64,000 bases of DNA from Tubiluchus corallicola. Lineage: Eukaryota; Animalia; Priapulida. The notes under the pieces were generated by a model. The model had not been told where the DNA came from and searched no databases. It was given only the letters and a program-made list of their open reading frames with translations. Below are positions 50,519 to 64,000 of this stretch, in pieces (within the stretch, counting starts at the first letter, position 1; each line of letters starts with the position of its first letter). Both the position numbers and the translations under genes were made by a program. The DNA lies in contig JAQGDQ010000060.1 in NCBI GenBank assembly GCA_030141605.1, positions 692,516 through 756,515 on the forward strand. Direction: 5' to 3'.

Positions 50519-52226
50519 AGTGATATTATTATTATTATTTTTTATTTGGACTTTTGTAAACATTTCATGATCTTTTTTTATCTAATATATATATATATAT
50601 TATATTATATACATATATTATTTCTCTTCGTGCTCGTGCTGCAATTACGTACTCAGATAATGATGAGTAATTCCAAACCAGCTAAGTACCACAGCTATCT
50701 TCTGATGTATTTGTACGTACGTCCTCCGTTAACAAGAGAAATGGATCCGGAACAGTATGGCTGGTAAAACCACTCAAAAACTGTTTTCAAGATGGTCACT
50801 ATTTATTTTTTCTCTTTATATTTCAAATTCAATCAGGTTGTTTGACATATGTTACATAACGTAATACCAACATATTCTAAAATCATCCACACTCGTAACA
50901 CGTGTAATTATTAACAAACTTGTTCTTGCAAAAGCAACTAAGACATCTAATCAAAACTCTTAACAACATTAATGTTATCTTGCAAGATTTTCCAAAATTT
51001 GAAACAAAATATGATTTTGTCCTGTTGCCTTATTAATTGTCGCTTTAGGTAACAATATATTTATGTAATAATTTACACTAAAAAATACTGTGCTATACCG
51101 TTAGTATAACTCCACTAAAATCACAGGAGACCTAAGAAGCGGACTTATGATAGGTCACCTGTCCATTTGCTAACTAGGTGCAACTCATTCAACTTTTGTC
51201 ACCGAACACTCATGTTGTTCATTTAGCTGTTCCCTTCGACCAAGTGGCAGATGGAAAGAGAAGCTGGATCAGTAGTTACTTGAAAGTGCGTTTTATCATC
51301 TTTTGTTAATTAGGGAAACGTCCTTTGGGTGCTGTATAGGACACAATGTGCTCCAAGCTTAGAGCACACCATATTGTAAGAGCCGTGTTCATGACAAAGG
51401 TACCATTCACGCAATGCAAGTTAGGCGCAATTAATACAATATTAATTACAGATAAAATCATAGCCAGTAATCTATCTTAATTGAACATGGGAGGGGAGGC
51501 GCGCTGCTTGATTGATTGCTGGCACGCGAGTTGTGACAACCAACCCCATGCACGAGTTTCCTGGGCTGTTCCAAGTTTTGTTATGCACCCCGAAAAACAG
51601 TTTACAGTTTGCTTCCTTGTGTTTCGTATTTTCTAAGGGTTGATTGTGCGTTAATTGTTTGTTAAACATCGATTTTTAAGCATTGGTTCACAAGATTAAA
51701 TAACTCGTAAACTATAATACATGGAGTCGGGAAACCTGCACGTGTTGGCTCACACAATGGTATGGTTAGAAAAGCTGGGACTTTTTGAAGGACCCGAGAC
51801 AGGAGCCGAATTGTGAAAGTTAGGGAAACTGCTGAATTACGCATAACCAGCACGGTCACATTTTTGGAGTTGAGAAAACGGTCGTGCTCGCAGACTTGTT
51901 TCTGAATTCATTGAATCTTATTTATTTAAACGCCACAATAAATTATCTTTTTCTGCTGCTTCCGGCAACCACCTACTTCTATTGTTTCAAATCACGAACG
52001 TTTTGCCGTGAATTCTAATACCGTCTATGTTAGCCGTTAGTATGCGTTCCTCGAATTTACGTAAGACTCTTCGTCACACTCGTCCGTTTTTGCAAAGTCA
52101 TGTTTTTGTTTACTTTAATGTAAATGAAAATAAATTTTATTTATTTGGTCAAAAAGTAAGACAGTTAGATATTTATCTTTTCACCTTTTTTGCAAATCAT
52201 TCAGACCAACACGAACAAGGTGTAAT

Positions 52227-52669
52227 CAGGGCCTATTTCAGTCTAAGCGAGGCCCGGGGAAGTGGGGCAGTGAGGCTCGCTCGGGGGGGGGGCGCCACCA
52301 TGGTTGGCCCCAGAAAATTTTTGAACTGCTAGAATGCCGGAGAAGCATTTTCGAAGAGAAAATATGGAGTTATACAGTTATTAAAGGAAAGAACAATTGA
52401 AAGAAAAACTGCTTTATTCTCAAGACCAGTCGTCAATGCTTGTCAAATAGTCAAATCAAAAACAACATCTTTGCAATATGTAATACCGTACTCTCGCTTC
52501 CATACAAGCCATCTTCTGACTTTTTGTTTCGCAAAGTTATCAATTAACTCGCGGCAAGAGGGAGAGACGGGAGGCAGTATGTTCGCATAAAGCAAAAAAA
52601 TGTTACCCCGGCGCGAGGCCCCCTGGAGGGTGAGGCCCCGGGGAAATATCCCCCCCGAAATAGGCCCTG
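52227..52669. mobile_element. GC-rich hAT MITE family B, copy 1
   Basis: TIR CAGGGCCTATTTC / GAAATAGGCCCTG with perfect TSD GGTGTAAT. Confidence 0.92.
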
Positions 52670-53830
52670 GGTGTAATAACGTATGCCTTACTTTAGTGAA
52701 AAGTTTATGTTTTATCATCAGAATGTTTTAACAATTTTAGAGCAAGATCTTTTACTTGAGGTACTTGTACAAAATGCAGATCATGAAGAAATTTTGATGT
52801 GTATTGCAAGAGGGCCACGAAAACAAGGATGTACCTTTTCTCTACTACATAGTGCACCGCCTGCACGCCGAAAGACTCATCGTTTTCCCGTCTACTAGTT
52901 CTGGTGTGTGTTATTATGCACAAGCAGAGGTTGCTTCAACCCTCTTTACACGTGTACTGTCACTCCTTTTTCAGTCTCCATAGAACTCGTATGGTGTAAA
53001 TTCATTGTATCTATGCTATGTTCAACTTATTGTACTATGTTCAACTCGAACTAACTAATTGTATATTTCGTCACTGCACATAGTGGAAATACTGTGATCA
53101 GTAACAGTTACTGTGTTGTAAATCCACTCAAAATAAATAAGGTTTATATATTAATTTTTAGGACGAAGTCACCGAATTGAATATGAGAAGTCAGCAGTCA
53201 TGGCGTGTGTTAGTGAAAAAAGTTAAGCGATGCTGTGCATATCTAATAAATGGATGGGTGGCCACTGCGCAAGTGTTTCTGTAGCTCTTGTTGATGATGA
53301 CAGGTCGGTTTGAACAGAAAAGACATCCTTAATAGTGAGACAGGCTGGTCCTGGTAGAACGAATGAATATTAGTGGTTAATCGTTTCTTTGAACATCAAG
53401 ATTCTGAATTACAGTGGAATAATAACTAGTACAGAATGCGAAGCATTGATTTATTCGCTTATTGATTTTTTTCTGCCCGTCTGCAAAGATTTGTCATTTA
53501 GATGCTCATTTCTTGTTGTCATGAATCCATTTAGCGAATATGTTATGTAGAACGCCATTCAGAGTTGCTACAGAATCTGCTTTAGGTCGGAAAAATTTAT
53601 ATTACGGAGTAAATCACTTTATTATGTTGTGACACTCTATTATGTTATGATGTTATAATATAAGAACTGGTTAAAACTCATTGCATGAACGAAAACGTGA
53701 CCGGCTTCACGGCGAAAGTAGTCTGTTTATAGAGTTACATCGCAAGCGAGTGACCAAAAAAGTGAGTGGAAAAAAGAAAGAGCAGCCAAACTTTGTAGGG
53801 GTGGTGCCGGTGACGGAAAGAGCAAACCAA

Positions 53831-53997
53831 CACGTGAGGTCACGTGCCCGTATTTACGAGCAGCGGCGATACCCGTTAAAGGGGGAAACTGTTATTTTAT
53901 AGTCATTACACAAGGGTAAACAAGTCCACGTGGCGGTGAAACCACGTTATGTGACGTACACGTGCATGTGACACTAGACTCCATGTCAGTGACGTCA
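53831..53997. promoter_or_regulatory. E-box/CRE cluster (candidate enhancer or promoter)
   Basis: CACGTG at 53831, 53841, 53927 and 53959; CACGTT at 53943; CATGTG at 53965; TGACGTCA at 53990. Confidence 0.5.
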
Positions 53998-54333
53998 CAC
54001 AATGTTTAGTTCTTGTAAGGAGGTAGCCATTAGCTGTAGAAAATAGGACATGTTATACACGCATCGTTTACAACTCTGAATCAATGTTTTTCTGTTGGCT
54101 TTAGAGTTTACATGAACGAAATTCTTACTGGTTTCTTTACTGACTGTATTAGCAAAACACTGCTACGAAACTGATAGCAGGGTCGGATTAAGACCTCAAG
54201 AAGGCATAAGCTCTGGAAAGATTATAGTATTCCCACATATGTGTAATTCAGAATAAAAACAATACTAAACTGCAAAATGAAATTTATCTTTCGAAATGAA
54301 AAAAGTTGTAGTAAGATTTGTATATGGTAAATG

Positions 54334-54542
54334 CAGGGCCTATTTTAGGGGGGTGGGGGTGGGGATACTTCCCCGGGGCCTCATCCTCCAGGGCAGCCTC
54401 GTGCCAAGGTAACATTTTGTTTTGCTTTATGCGAACGTAATGCCCCCTCTCTCCCTCTCTCTCTCTTGCCGTTCGCCCCCCCCCCGAGGGGGCCTCACAC
54501 GCCCCTCTTCCTCTGGCCTCACTTAGGCTGAAATAGGCTCTG
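54334..54542. mobile_element. hAT MITE family B, copy 2 (apparently nested in an older element ~54178-54800)
   Basis: CAGGGCCTATTT / AAATAGGCTCTG with perfect TSD GGTAAATG. Confidence 0.9.
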
Positions 54543-54928
54543 GGTAAATGCTCGGGTATCCTCTTTATACTGCACAGAAAAGTGGTGCTAGATTAAAAAT
54601 ACAGAGATGAATCTAAATGGTATAAAGCAACAGCCATTTAGCTTACCTACATGCGAATTGGATACCAGTAAAATAAATGGCAATAAACCTTTTGTGTAAT
54701 TATTCGATGTGGAAAGAACTGTGTGGAATCAATGGTAAGGTCCTCTTCCCCTGAGGTCCTAAGTACATGCTTATTTTACGTAATGGTTAAACCAGAACTG
54801 GCTGGTAGTTTGGAGTTACACAGGCATATCCGCATTTTTGACAGCATTTTTTTCTTCATGGTGCTTAGAACACGATTCATTTTCTCTGATAAGTTTCACA
54901 CTTAACAAATATTAGTAAATAATGTAAC

Positions 54929-55187
54929 CAGGGCCTATTTCAGGGGGGGTGTAGTGGGGATACTTTCCCGAGGCCTCACCCTCCAGGGGGCCTCGTGCCT
55001 GGGTAATTTTTTTTTTTGCTTTATGCGAACATACTGCCTCCTCGCTTTTTTCTCTTCGAAAATGCTTCTCCGGCGTTCTAGCAGTTCAAACATTTTCTGG
55101 GCGCCAACCTTGGTGCCGCCCCCCTCCCCCGAGGGGGCCTCACACGCCCCACTTCCCCAGGTCTCGCTTAGGCTGAAATAGGCCCTG
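54929..55187. mobile_element. hAT MITE family B, copy 3
   Basis: CAGGGCCTATTTCAG / CTGAAATAGGCCCTG with perfect TSD AATGTAAC. Confidence 0.92.
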
Positions 55188-56339
55188 AATGTAACAGCAT
55201 AGAATTAGTCAGAAGGAGTCAAATACGCGTAAAATTTATCAAGCAACTTTTCAAGATAAGTATTCTATTTTATTGCATGGGCTAATCAAAGACACCGTTT
55301 TGCGTTAAAGTGATTAAAATAATAATGCAGTTTCTCTTATTGTAATGAGTAAACAAGACACTTAAGCTCTAGACAAATATGATTTTTTTGTCATGCATGG
55401 CTTTTCGACTGGATTGAGCAAAAGGCAAGTTGCTGTTCATCACCGAGGCTACCTCCGTTAGACAACCATAACGTACGAGCCAGGGGGGCTACAGGTCCGA
55501 CACCCCACCCCCCGGATTCGGGGAAGCACACTTGGGGGGGGGGAGGTAGGCAATCACCAAATTTTTCGGGCACCGGCCAAAAGATAAGAAAATAAAACAA
55601 TATTTTTCATCAAAAAGGAAAACTCGAAATTTCTCCATGTCGCCTAATGAAGTGCCAAATCAGTGGGTGGAATGAGGCCATTCCCGACTCGAAGTTGACT
55701 TGCCCTTTTTTCGGGTAAAAGTGGCTCAGCCACGCCCACCCCCAGGAAAATTCAACCCGTACCCTATATGTCTAAATGTCCTACTCTAATCAGTGTAGTT
55801 AATAGGGTTGCAATTAATATAATGGCTTGCTGTTTGAAATGAAGATTGGGAAATTTGGCCTATTATACTGTGACCTGCATGGGTTTCTGTCTGCATCAGA
55901 TTTAGCAGATGTCTCTAAAATGTGACAAATAAAATATGCTGCTAGGCACTTGAATTGTTTAACCAATGAGCCATCAATCAACAGTTACAATTGAAATGCA
56001 GTCGACAGTGCTTCAAAATCTGTCGTGAATGATTACGAATAAAACGCACCGACAAAGAGCGTTAAGCAAGATTGATTTTGACACTTGCTTTAGTGCCACA
56101 AAACGCTGCGTTTTATACTCATGTTTTGGTAAACATTCAACATCATTTAAAAGCGTTACATAAATATATCATCATATAAAAATGACAGGATGAAGGAGTT
56201 GTGCATTTAGAAGTCAGTTTCGACATTTTTCAATTATTTAGAAAACAAAAGATTATGAATGAGAAAAGCGTTTAAACGAAACCTTAGCGTCACAACTTAC
56301 GGCACGTTTTAGCTAAGTCGCGTATGGAATATTTTAATC

Positions 56340-56342
<3 letters not shown>

Positions 56343-56418
<76 letters not shown>
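56343..56418. repeat. (CT)n microsatellite
   Basis: Pure CT run. Confidence 0.98.
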
Positions 56419-56423
<5 letters not shown>

Positions 56424-57636
56424 TTTTTCATCTTCCTTGCTTGTGACGTTCCCTTTTCGTATATTTAATTTTTTGTTTTAATCCTTAATTTCTTCTTCTT
56501 TTCCTCGTCCGTTCTTCCTTTCCTTCTATGCTGTTCCTTCCTCTCGCTTTCGTCTGTTTATTTCTTTAAATCGATCCCACAAATTTTTTTCTTTAGTCAT
56601 TATTTCTTCCTTCCTTTCGTAAAGTGTTTTTTCTTCTGTTTTCCTCTTTCTACCTTTCCTTTTTATTCCTTTGCTATTAATCTTTTTTCCTTTTTACTTC
56701 TTTTCTTTTTTCTACATTTTTTTGTTTGAGTTTTCGTTTTTTTACTTACCCACTTTACTTTACCATTTCAATCACTTTTTCTGTCACTTAAACTTTTCCT
56801 GCGTTTTCCCTTATGGTTCATTCACTCTAGTTTTCTTACGCGATTGCTCGTTACTCGGCCGTTTAGCCCATGTGTCCATCCCTTATTAAATGTTCGCGTG
56901 GTACTTACTGCTTTATGATAAACGGATCCCTCTTGGCGACAGCAAGCACCGTCGTTAAAGGCATAAATCAGTGAACACAAAGCTTCTTCTCCATACAATT
57001 ATGTACACTGCATCGTGCTAGCGTATTGTGTTAACTGTTGAAATAACAAGGTTTTTGTACAATTTTGTAGAAACTAGCAAAAATTTTGAATAGATCAATG
57101 GAAAATAGTCAATAGGCTGAATAAAAAATGAGTACTAATACCACAAAATTAATTATCATTAACGAATATTAATTTATTAACAGGTTTAGGAAAACTTATT
57201 TGATTCTCTGACCATTTTATTATATTTAGATAGACAACGAGATATCGTCTTTATTTACCAAATATTTACATATAAAATTTGATACAAAGATCGCAGTATG
57301 TGCAGTAAACGAAAAATCCTGATAATGGTAATAGCGTTATAAATTAAAAACTATAAATGACAGAAAACTATAACAACAGATTGCATAATTTATTCATAAT
57401 AAAACACACTTAATTAATCACAATAAACTTTAGACACTTTTTTCAACTGTTTGAAGAAATCTTTATTATGTCTCTCTGACGAAATCTTAGTTGTGCCATA
57501 AGAGCCTATATATCTCTATGGCTACATACAACTTTAGTTTAGTTTAAACGTAATTTATTTAGGATTGGATCAGACAGTTTGAACAACATGATTTAGGATC
57601 CTCACCACAACAAACTTTATACACTATTTACAAAAA

Positions 57637-57783
57637 CATTTACAGTAAGAATAGACTATACCTACACAAGCTGACAAGTTTTACTACAAGATTACATTAG
57701 ACATTAGTAACATTTACAGTAAGAATAGACTTAACTACACAAGCTGACAAGTTTTACTACAAGATTACATTAGACATTAGTAG
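57637..57783. repeat. ~73-bp tandem duplication inside a probable minus-strand LINE 3' remnant
   Basis: ACATTTACAGTAAGAATAGACT...CATTAGACATTAGTA occurs twice, with a (TTTAG)n tail-like tract at ~57533. Confidence 0.6.
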
Positions 57784-58444
57784 AAAATGACGGTTAGGAA
57801 ATATTAATGTACGAATATTTAAGGTTGATGCATTTCATATCAGATAGAAACTACCGGAAGCGTTTAGTACGTAATATAAAGTCATGTATACAACAGAACA
57901 GTACAACAGTTACATACAACTTTATTGACCTAAGTTTTGCACCTTACAGAACGGTCTCATTGTAACTATGCGATTGAAATATCGTCAATTATATTATTAC
58001 GTATTATATAATAATTATATTATTATTATATTATTATTATATTAATATGTGGTAATTAAGCGAAATAGTTCTCGAATTTCAATGTCTGTACAAGGGTACT
58101 GTCTACTTCTCCTCCTTTGTTTATATGTTTGCTTCCATTTATCCGTTTAGTTGACTTTTCGATTGTTTTTTAACATCAGACGAAATATGTGGGTTACATA
58201 TAAATTTATTGTTCTAATGTTCACACTTTAAACAACTGTTTGTGGATCGGTATGCTATAAGGAGCTTGAAATCTCGTCAACTGCAAAAGGGTCATAGTCA
58301 TTGTCATGTGATCTGTTGCTTAAGTTATTGTCACAGATAGTGTTTTAATGACGTTATTGCCATCTTTCTTTTGAAAATAACTGCCATTTTATCTGTAAGT
58401 TTTCATACATGACATGTAAATATGTGGTGAATGTAATATAATAT

Positions 58445-58579
<135 letters not shown>

Positions 58580-58770
58580 TTGTACATATTACGCTAGTCA
58601 CTAAACACTTTGATTTCTATTTTCATTCATTCATTCATTCATTCAATAACTCGTTCATTCAGTCATTCGTATATTTATTCATTTACTCATTCACGGCTTC
58701 TTCATTCCATTTTCCCTTTTCATTTGTTTGTTCATCTGTTAGTTCTTTCATTCGTTCGTTCACTCACTCA

Positions 58771-59178
<408 letters not shown>

Positions 59179-59630
59179 GCCTCAGATATATTTCTGCCAG
59201 CCCATCATTTTAATTATTAATATCATTTCAGTTGCAATAAATTGAACGTAACGTCTATAAATGAGTATGAAATATTTCAATCAATTTTATGAATATTTGC
59301 AGCTTACCCCCAAGCAGAAAGATCCTATAGCTTTAGTTCGTGCCCGAGGCCTCTTCAACTCGTGCTTTATCATACTCGGAAACGCTGATAAGATTTACAC
59401 CTGTACTTACCTGCCCTTACCTGTGCTCTACCTGTCTCATTACATTACTTACGTTAAGTCTAACAGGTGGCTAAGAGTTTCTATATTAAGAAATCGTTTG
59501 AACGTGCTGGTATTTTATCTGTATTAATTAGTAATATCAAGATACAAGTTTAATTAACTGGCGTGCCTGCAGGTAGTCTATACAAGCATAAGTTTAACCT
59601 GAGACCAGACGCAGAGTTCTTAAACTAACA

Positions 59631-60221
59631 TTAGAAAAAAACAGGGTGATTTTTCATATCCTACTCCATTTTGAAGTACGGTGAAAAAAAATTGCAAAAG
59701 CATTTCTGATGGTTAATGAATTAAAACCTTAATTAACTGCAGGCAGTCCAACTAATGATGACATCACAACTGAACAACTGACATCACGATTTTCAACAGC
59801 ACGAACATTCTTTCAGCGTGTTGCACGTGTTTGTAAGATCGAAAATTGAAGTGCACTTACTGCTGTACCAGATTTAGTTGAAATACTAAAACTCGGCGAA
59901 TTTTAAGATTAAAATTCAAATTTTAAATTTACCGCTGTACTCACGCATGAGCTGTCGAACGTGTGTAGTAAATCACAAACGAACACCTCTGAACAGTGAG
60001 GTTCAGCACCTGTTTTTTGTACAACGCGTTTCCGAGATTCAGTTGCTAGTACCCATCTGTAACAACGGAAGAAGATGCCGCGCGAACGCGAACTTAACAT
60101 TTTTGTGATAACAATTCTTTCACATAAGTCGTTCATGTAGAAATAGTATGTACGCTTTCAATATTTTACAGTCTAGAGGATTTTGATCTATAGTTTAAGA
60201 TTGGTATCCGGTTTTACTTGA
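59631..60221. mobile_element. Second copy of the Kolobok-like element
   Basis: Shares GATTTTTCATAT, TGATGAC.TCACAA, GCGTGTTGCACGTGTTTG, GCACCTGTTTTTTGT and TAAGATTG..TCCGGTTTT with 20339-20891. Confidence 0.6.
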
Positions 60222-60841
60222 AATGTGGCAGAAAACGCAGTAAGACTAGCAAAGTTACAAGTTTTCAATTCGACGCTGTGCCGGGTCAGTGATAATATAA
60301 TCTTCAAGACTTAAACGATTTTTCCTGGTATCAACTCACGATCGTTGTAATTAAATGGAGAAACAAAATACACCAAGAAAACTAACGAAAAAAAAATGGA
60401 AGTGTAAAAGAATTGTCTTTCTTTTTATTCGTTTTTCTTTTTATATAAAGCAATTATCACTAATCAAAGAGAAATACATAATCAAAGTAACGCTTTCGAG
60501 ACTTATTCACGACCAACGTTAGTTTATCCATGTATCTATCAATCAACTGCGGTCAAAGTAAGGGAACTGTTGTCTATTGATCTCTCGATAGCCCACATAG
60601 ACCCTATTTTTAACCTGCCGTAACATGTAATAATGGTTTAACTATAGCTAAATTTGATAAAATGGTTGGTTTGGATATATTAAGTCGATAAGTCTATACT
60701 GAACGTGAACAAGTCAGACGTCATGATGAAATTTAGATTTATACATGTACCTCTTTGCTTGTGTGTTTTATTGTTGCTGATGGTTTATTATTATTGCTAT
60801 TAGAAAGATAATTAATAATTTAGTAATGATTTTTCAGCTAA

Positions 60842-60970
60842 AGTTTACAATTCCCACACACAACAAATTAGTTAGTGAAACGGATTACGGGTAGGATTAG
60901 GGTGTGGATTAGTATTAGGGTTGGGTCAGGGTTAGGATTAGGGTACTTAAATTGTGAGGAATTGTAAACT
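60842..60970. mobile_element. Small element with inverted ends and telomere-like interior (Helentron/HINE-like?)
   Basis: AGTTTACAATTCCCACA ... TGTGAGGAATTGTAAACT enclose degenerate TTAGGG repeats. A related copy lies at ~9320-9450. Confidence 0.5.
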
Positions 60971-62086
60971 ATTTCTCTTTACTAGCAACAGTAAATGGTA
61001 TCATCACAAATACTTTTTTAATTATTAACATATTGTTACTTTTCGTTGTTATCTTCGTTGTACGCATGCGTATGACGGAATCAAAAGCCTTCCACTTACG
61101 TAGTTACATTGTTCTTTCTACTTGCATTGTTCTAAGTTCCCTAAAGGAATAAACGAGAAGCTTGATGAAAAGCACTCAATGCTGTGGCAGCGTGTTAAGA
61201 ATAATTAATCTCGAGAAAATCTACTTGTGAGACAATCTGTTGGACACAATAAATGGCAAACTTACGGCAACGGCGACGGCTTTTATAATGTGACCAGGGC
61301 CGGTTTTAAGCCAATTCGACAGATTTTTTTCCAGATTTGACTTACCTTTTAATAAAGATATAGCTTAATTTGTTTGCATACGTATGACAACAACAAATTT
61401 GGCAGAAATACTGACCATTAGTATAGGCACAACAACAAATTTGCCAGAAATACTGACCATTAGTATAGGCATAATTTAATTAAAGATTTTGGACGTATTT
61501 AATAAATTAATTACGACTTGTATTATCACACAAACTATATACACATATATAAGTAAACACGTAGAACAAATCAGTTTGTTTACTATTACTGTTTAGGCGA
61601 AAGCTTATTAAGTATTATTAAAATGAAAGCGATAAAGTAAAGCCAAGTCTGCTCAACTCTTTTCAAGTTAAAATACGAGTCGGCAGTCCTTCATTCATTT
61701 CATAACTCTATTAGTTCGATTATGAAACTTTCCCAGATATTCTAGCTCGTTTACACGCTTGGACAGCCCCTGCAATAAAATCAGGAGGTTTTCTGCACAA
61801 ACAGGTACATGTAACACGTAGGTGAGGCTGTGGTGTCTACATGCATGTAAACAGAAGCACGTTTTCTCCGTTTACTCAATAAACGGTGAAGTGTGCTGCC
61901 GCGCTGATTATCGAGCCGATTGTGAGAACACAGAGATTTTATTTCTCACAACGATGACGGTGAGAACTTTGATGTTGATGCCGATGATGATTACGATGAT
62001 GGTTATAATGATGACAATGTACATGATTATAGTGAACGACAATTATCATAATGACGACAGGGACAATTTGACGATAAAGATGATTA

Positions 62087-62146
<60 letters not shown>
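62087..62146. repeat. (GAT)n microsatellite
   Basis: Direct observation. It is the source of the poly-D/poly-S ORFs. Confidence 0.97.
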
Positions 62147-62148
<2 letters not shown>

Positions 62149-63729
62149 AAAGGTGATGAGATGATCATGACAACGATAACAGTGCAGATATTGATAATGA
62201 TCAAAGTTTTACTGCAAGAACTTGCCGTTTTTGTCCAACTGTTATGTAAGCAAATTTGTCTTTTTATTTTTGGCATCACCTTAATGTTGTCATCATTGTC
62301 ATTGGTGTGGCTATTGCTGACGTCGAAGAGGTTGCTCTTTTTCAGCCCTTCCCCGTCTACAGACATTAGGACTAGAAAAACAAAAGGGTAAAACGGTTTG
62401 AAATAACTATAGACAAGGTCCGTGCCTTTTTTCCTAATCATATTTTTCTAAGTTTCTAATCATGTTTGATAACCAGAGCTCATATGTGCTTCTGCATTTG
62501 TTTGCGTATTTTCTGTTTGTCAGTCTCTTATATTTTCCTCCGTCCTCTTCCTCCCAAGCTATCCGTCCGCTCCTTTTTCCTTCTCAGTTTCTTGCCAGTT
62601 CCTTCCTTCCTTCTTTCCTGTATCTGTCTTGTAACGCATTTTCCATTTCTTGCGTTAATCACATCAGCATCTTATCGTGTCCAATGCATGCATACTAGTG
62701 TGAAATGGACCTGTATTCTGACTCCTAAATTCGCTTTTGTGAGACCCATTCTTCCTTTGTCCGGTGCAGACAGTTAATCTACCAATAATCATCTTTTCTC
62801 ATTGTTTGAGATGAGGCCATGAATTATCTGCGACAGAGTTGCACACTTTCTTCTCTATCTGTTGGCGGATTAATATCAGAAAGTTGGTGAGTTTCGTTGA
62901 AACTTGGATAGATGGTATCTCCCGTAACACATTAACTCGTTTTCATTCTGACAGTCCAGGCAATTAAACGGGCAGCTTGGTCAGATCTAAGCTCAAGGTT
63001 TAATAGCCAAACTTCAATGTGTGACATGCAAAGGTAACACGTTGCTCAACAGACGTAACACCTTGCAACTTGAAAACTGTGGCCCTTTTTGACAAATTGT
63101 CACAATACGTTAGAAATCACAATTCCTCAAGCTTTTGTTAACCCCAACGTTTAGCGCTAAGGAATTTTTTACCTTGACCCTTGTCTAAGATGTGACTAGA
63201 AAATTCCTGCAACAGGTGGCACATTTACCATATAAATTTACTGTTCGAATACCTGAGAAATAACTAAATATGGGCAGGCTCATATCTACTTTATTTGACA
63301 AGCCCATTCTATGATTTTTTTAAGTTAAACAAAGGATAGGCTTGTCTTACTATGACAATTAATATAGTAGACACGCTTATATAATGTCCTACATAAAGTC
63401 TACCATTTGTTTTAAGTTTTAAACTACATTTTTTCACAGAATCGTTGAAACAGAAATCGTTAAAATCAGGTGAATCTGTTCCGGTCCTGGAAAACCCGGG
63501 ACAAAATTGAAAAGACATGGTTGATCGTGTGGCACGTGTACATTGCACGTGACTGACACGTGACTTGGTATCACGCGAGCAAAGTTAATATTGATTCGTG
63601 TCAAAACTATTTTTTCATGTCATTCAAAATACACACATTAAGATTTTCCACGCATGTCATTCAGTTTACGCGACAGTATAAGTTTACACAGCACATGAAT
63701 TAAAAACTAACAGAACTCCCTCTGCTCTG

Positions 63730-64000
<271 letters not shown>

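Noticed and set aside
61822-62441. Poly-Asp and poly-Ser ORFs
   Set aside because: They derive from (GAT)n and flanking low-complexity sequence.

Overview
AT-rich, intron-rich animal genomic DNA. It is probably an invertebrate, because the 5S-derived sequence looks lophotrochozoan-like (inference). Four complete spliced genes can be assembled with consistent reading frames: LRMDA/C10orf11 (+, 7 coding exons, one U12-type AT-AC intron), RPS24 (+, with alternative stop-codon-bearing 3' exons), RBM22 (-, 10 exons) and MAD2L1 (+, 6 exons, head-to-head with RBM22). There may also be a divergent gene running off the left edge and a first coding exon near the right edge. Introns and the gene-poor right quarter are full of MITEs (pogo/Tc1-like, hAT, piggyBac-like, Kolobok-like), minisatellites and microsatellites. 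Most of the long ORFs in the supplied track are repeat artefacts. The most notable observations are: (1) a 5S rRNA-headed, RTE-tailed SINE together with a head-less twin that begins at the 5S junction and has its own TSD; (2) vertebrate-like alternative C-terminal exons of RPS24 with a downstream TGCATG cluster; (3) tandem arrays that multiply real splice sites in RBM22 and MAD2L1; (4) the AT-AC intron. All calls come from reading the sequence by eye. No database searches were run.
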